64,000 bases of DNA from the human T2T-CHM13v2.0 reference genome, Homo sapiens, in NCBI RefSeq assembly GCF_009914755.1, contig NC_060935.1; one strand, written 5' to 3'. Below the pieces are notes generated by a model. That model had not been told where the DNA came from and ran no database searches. It worked only from the letters and a program-made list of their open reading frames with translations. Below, piece by piece: positions 59,936 to 64,000 of this stretch (the stretch's first letter is position 1; every line of letters starts with the position of its first letter). The translations under genes and the position numbers were made by a program.

Positions 59936-60654
59936 TACTTTATAGATACACACAGTGTTTCTTCAGAGTATATATATATATAACTTAGTTCAAAGTATCT
60001 ATATATAAGTATATGTATATACTTAATATGAGGAAACCATTATTTCATTTATAACTTTTGTTTCATTATAATGGCAGAATGACAACCTTTCAAGTATAAT
60101 GGTGGTTTGCCACATTACCTATCTTTGTGTTCTCGTGCTGCCTTTGTGCTCTTGTGCTCTTTCAGTGAATGCTATTTACAGTTTTCTGTTACATTTTACT
60201 GATTATATTTATTAAAATGCAATTTTCTTTGTGGACTCCTATAATTTAAAATGTGCTTATAATTTGTATATCTGTGGCTTTTCAACTTATTTGATTCTAG
60301 TAATATTTTTGTATTACTAGAACTACTAGTATTATTTTGATAATAAAAATAAAACTGATTGGAAATTTAAACACATTTGTTAAATGGCTGCTTATCACAG
60401 ATGTGTAAACAATAATGCGTAAGAGGTCTCCTGGTCTGTCCCTTCTCTTTCCAATGTCTTTCTCAGAAAATAAGAAAGCAAGAATGTGCCCACCTGAAAC
60501 CAACCACTCTCCTCTGCTAAACAAGGCTGCTTGGAACTGATACCCTTGATTTTCTATCAAAAAATTCTCAGACCATTTGCGGGGCCTCTACCAGCCTCCT
60601 TCCTAGATATGACTTCATGGGGGCAAATCATACTCATGATTGTGTACCCCTTAC

Positions 60655-60764
60655 CTGACAGTGATCAAATGGTAGACATTTCAGGGAGTGTTAACAGAGC
60701 AACTATTTATGAACTAGGACAGCTATATTGTTCAATGTAGCTGTGTATCTGGACATCCAGATCA
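60655..60764 (-). other. Candidate minus-strand non-coding exon (110 nt)
   Basis: Minus-strand acceptor ...tttttctcccctgacaactgtattttttaag| and donor CAG|GTAAGG; stops in all frames. Confidence 0.3.
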
Positions 60765-60941
60765 CTTAAAAAATACAGTTGTCAGGGGAGAAAAATAGAA
60801 TTTGTTTTATTTAACAGCTTCTTAGCTTTCTTATAATTTTAATATATTCATACATATGGAATGTGTGCTTCCATTATACTCTCTTGCGTTTGTCCCAGGA
60901 AATGGTTGGGGTAGATTTGACTGTCACCATTATGGTCAATA

Positions 60942-61085
60942 TTCATTGATTGATTCATTCACTCAATAAATATTTAATTCCTACCATGTGTCAAGCACTT
61001 TATTTGGTATTGATAATACAGCAGAAAAACAACAGCAGAGTCCTATATCTCACTGACTTCATATTTCTGAGGAAAAACAACATGT
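60942..61085 (-). mobile_element. L2 3' end
   Basis: attcattcactcaataaatattt...cctaccatgtgtcaagcact. Confidence 0.75.
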
Positions 61086-61109
61086 AATATTTAATTAATT
61101 TGAACATTC

Positions 61110-61680
61110 CCTTATTAAATGGCACAGCAGTTCCATTTCTAGAGATATTCTCCAGATAATGTCTTACATCTTTACATGAAAATATGCAAAAACATGTTTG
61201 TATCAAAAAATGGAACTAACCCAAAATCCATTTGCAAGAGATTTATTGTATACTGTGCTATATTTATAAGTGCAATACTATAAAGCACTGTAAACCCCCC
61301 CAGGAACTCAGTCTACATGTATAAGTAAGGATTATATTTTTAATAAAATCAGTGACATAATTTCAGAATATGTATTTATTATAATATTTGGACAGCATTT
61401 TAAAGCATGCATAGCTCTTAGGATAGATATAAATGGAATTTATAAATGATAGATATAAATGGGATTTACAAAATCATGGAAATAATAAACCTCCATTCAA
61501 CTGAACATTTATTCCATCAGGTAGATGCTGTAATAAGGTTTGATAAAAGATTGCACTGAAGGGTCCAAATATTTTTATTTCATGTTAATTTTTAAGTTGT
61601 ATGTTGATTATACAGGTGCCCATTATACTATTCTTTACATCTCTTCACCGGTCTCAAAGTTTTTTACAATAAGTTAGAAA
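61110..61680 (+). mobile_element. Old L1ME 3' fragment
   Basis: cagcagttccatttctagagatatt...tatacaggtgcccattatactattcttt. Confidence 0.6.
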
Positions 61681-62635
61681 AGAATAAAGATTGTCAAGCA
61701 ATGATATATTGGCTTCCATCATTGTGGACTATGGACTTACACCAACAGGACTTGTTAGCTCATGTATTTGAACAGATGATTATGATGATTGGGTTTATGA
61801 AGCCATAAGATTTTTCTTTTTCCAAGGGTGAAATAACAGTGGTGGTACAACTCTGTTCTGATGAGGGCAAGGCCATGTTGATGGGCCTGGAAGTGTGTGG
61901 ATGAAATGCAAATGAGTAATTTTAAAGAAGAATGCTAAGAGGCCAGATGAATTTCTACTTGCTATTCCTAGTTATCTCTTTCTCTTTCTCTCTCCTACTC
62001 TCTCTCTTTGTCTCTGTCTTTCTGTATCTCATTTCTATCCTTATTTCCTTCCCACTCATTCTGTTTTAGAAAGATAAAGGAATAATCTTTTGGAAGAAAA
62101 ATGATACCAACTTCTGAGCAGCACCTATAACAAATACAAAGTAGTAAATCTAAAAACAAAGGAAAGTTTCCATGAAATAAGTCATTCAGTAACAAGTTAG
62201 AAGATGTTTATTTGTTTAGAATAGCAGAGTTCCAACAGGCACTGGAAAAATTTAGATGGGCAGAAATCAATGCTGGGGAGGGTACATGTCAGGGAACTGA
62301 AGCTCGGGCTTCATTCTGCAAGAATTTTGGAAAAGGTAGGCACTTTTTAACAATGTACACCATAGAGACTTAAAACATATTGTTTATAAGATTTTTGGTG
62401 TTCAAAAGACTTTGTTCCTTAGGTGGAGAATAGAGATGTGTCTTAAATATCTATTATAACCTCTATGGTTCATGCTATGTCATCTTGCAGCAAATGTTCA
62501 ATAATTCTTATTTCAGAAGTACATAACTGTGGAATGTTTTAGTAAAATACATTGAAAAGACCATTCTTTGTTAAAGAGCACTAAGGTGTATAAAAGGCAG
62601 TAATAAATTATAGTTTCAAAATATTCCACAGGGGT

Positions 62636-63200
62636 TGGAGAGTTCGCAAAGAACTAAAAATAGAATTGCCATTCAACCCAGCAATCCCATTAGTGGGTGT
62701 ATACCCAAAGGAAAATAAATTGTTCTATGAAAAAGACACTTGCACTGTGTGTTCATTGCAGCACTATTCATAATAGCAAATACATGGAATCAACCTTGGT
62801 GCTTATCAACGATTGATTGGATAAAGAAAATATGGTACACATACGACATGGAATATTACACAGTCATAAAACAGAATGAAATCATGTTCTTTGCAGCAAC
62901 ATGGATGAGGGTACAGGCCATTATTTTAAACAAATACATGCAGAAGTAGAAAACCAAATACCACATATTCTCACAGTGGGAGTTAAACATTGGGTGCACA
63001 TGGATACCAAGATGGGAACAATAGACACTAGGATTCCAAAAGGGGAGGAAAGGCAGGCATTGAAAAACTACATCTCAGCTACTCTGCTCACTACTTGGGT
63101 GATGGTATCATTAGAAACTCAAATATCAGCATTATACAATATACCCATGACACAAACCTGCACATGTACTCCTTGAATCCAAAACTAAAAGGAAAAATTT
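62636..63200 (+). mobile_element. L1PB-type 3' end
   Basis: ORF 62740 is the ORF2 C-terminus (FIAALFIIANTWNQP...); 3'UTR ends acaaacctgcacatgtactccttgaatc. Confidence 0.9.
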
Positions 63201-64000
63201 TACAGGACTACGATTCTATTCCAATGTTAATTAATGTGAAGTCTACCCTGTTTCAAAAAATATATAAATAAAATAAAATAAAATAAAACAATAAAAATCA
63301 CTTGAGATATTATCAGGTATACAAGCCAAGATACAGGTCATCAGTATCTCAAATGAAAAAGTTGTAATTTAATGATTCATGTGTTCATTCCATCAATATT
63401 TTTACAAACATATTTATTGAATCTTCTATGTATGATAATATATTTTTTAAAAGATTTAAACATATTTGACAGATGAGAGGAGATAAGAGACCAAATTACC
63501 AAGTTTGTTAGTCTTCAACTCTGTGAGATTTGATAGATGATTGTTTTTGTTTACATTTATTTTATTTCTATAACACCATTCCATAATATGGTTAAATCCG
63601 TTATACATAGGATGTACAAAAATGAATTTTTAGCATTTTTTATGTTATAACAAATAAGTGCTCAAGGAGTTGCTTTCTGATATTATAGACATGTGTTTGT
63701 GTTTAACTATAGCCCCCATTATATTGCTGAACCAGCGCCCCAATCCACTTTTATTTATTCACAAAGTATCAATCTAAGTTTGCTTTCTTATGAGAATTGT
63801 TCAGATAAAATTTTTATTTCAATACTTCAGAATAGTCTGACATCTTTATTCCTTATTCATTATGTGTCACATAGCTTGTTTTCTGACATTCATCTTGTTC
63901 TCTTTTGTCTAGAGTAAACGTATTTTAAAAGTACATTTCAGATTCATTGAGGTCAGTTGCCTTTGGCAGAAATGTTTCCTTACTCTGGTTTACAAAACTC

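Overview
AT-rich primate (human or great-ape-like) genomic DNA. There are no prokaryotic features and no intact protein-coding gene that I can recognise. About half the window is interspersed repeats: about 13 Alus (J, S, Y), several 5'-truncated L1PA/L1PB and old L1M pieces, L2, MIR, a two-LTR MSTA element, solo LTRs (MER67-like, THE1, MLT, LTR33, LTR12F) and DNA-transposon fossils (MER58, Tigger3a, MER47, MER5, Charlie). A decayed processed KRAB-zinc-finger pseudogene lies on the minus strand (~52.2-53.5 kb). The most interesting unexplained signal is a chain of seven candidate plus-strand exons in unique sequence (19974-44208). Their splice phases are mutually compatible, they lead into a 185-codon open frame, and they carry scattered premature stops, which suggests an unprocessed (possibly unitary) pseudogene or a lncRNA derived from one. 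I could not identify the parent protein. Several small repair or template-switch scars are also visible. Repeat subfamily names come from recalled consensus motifs, not from a RepeatMasker run, and the boundaries of old repeats are approximate.
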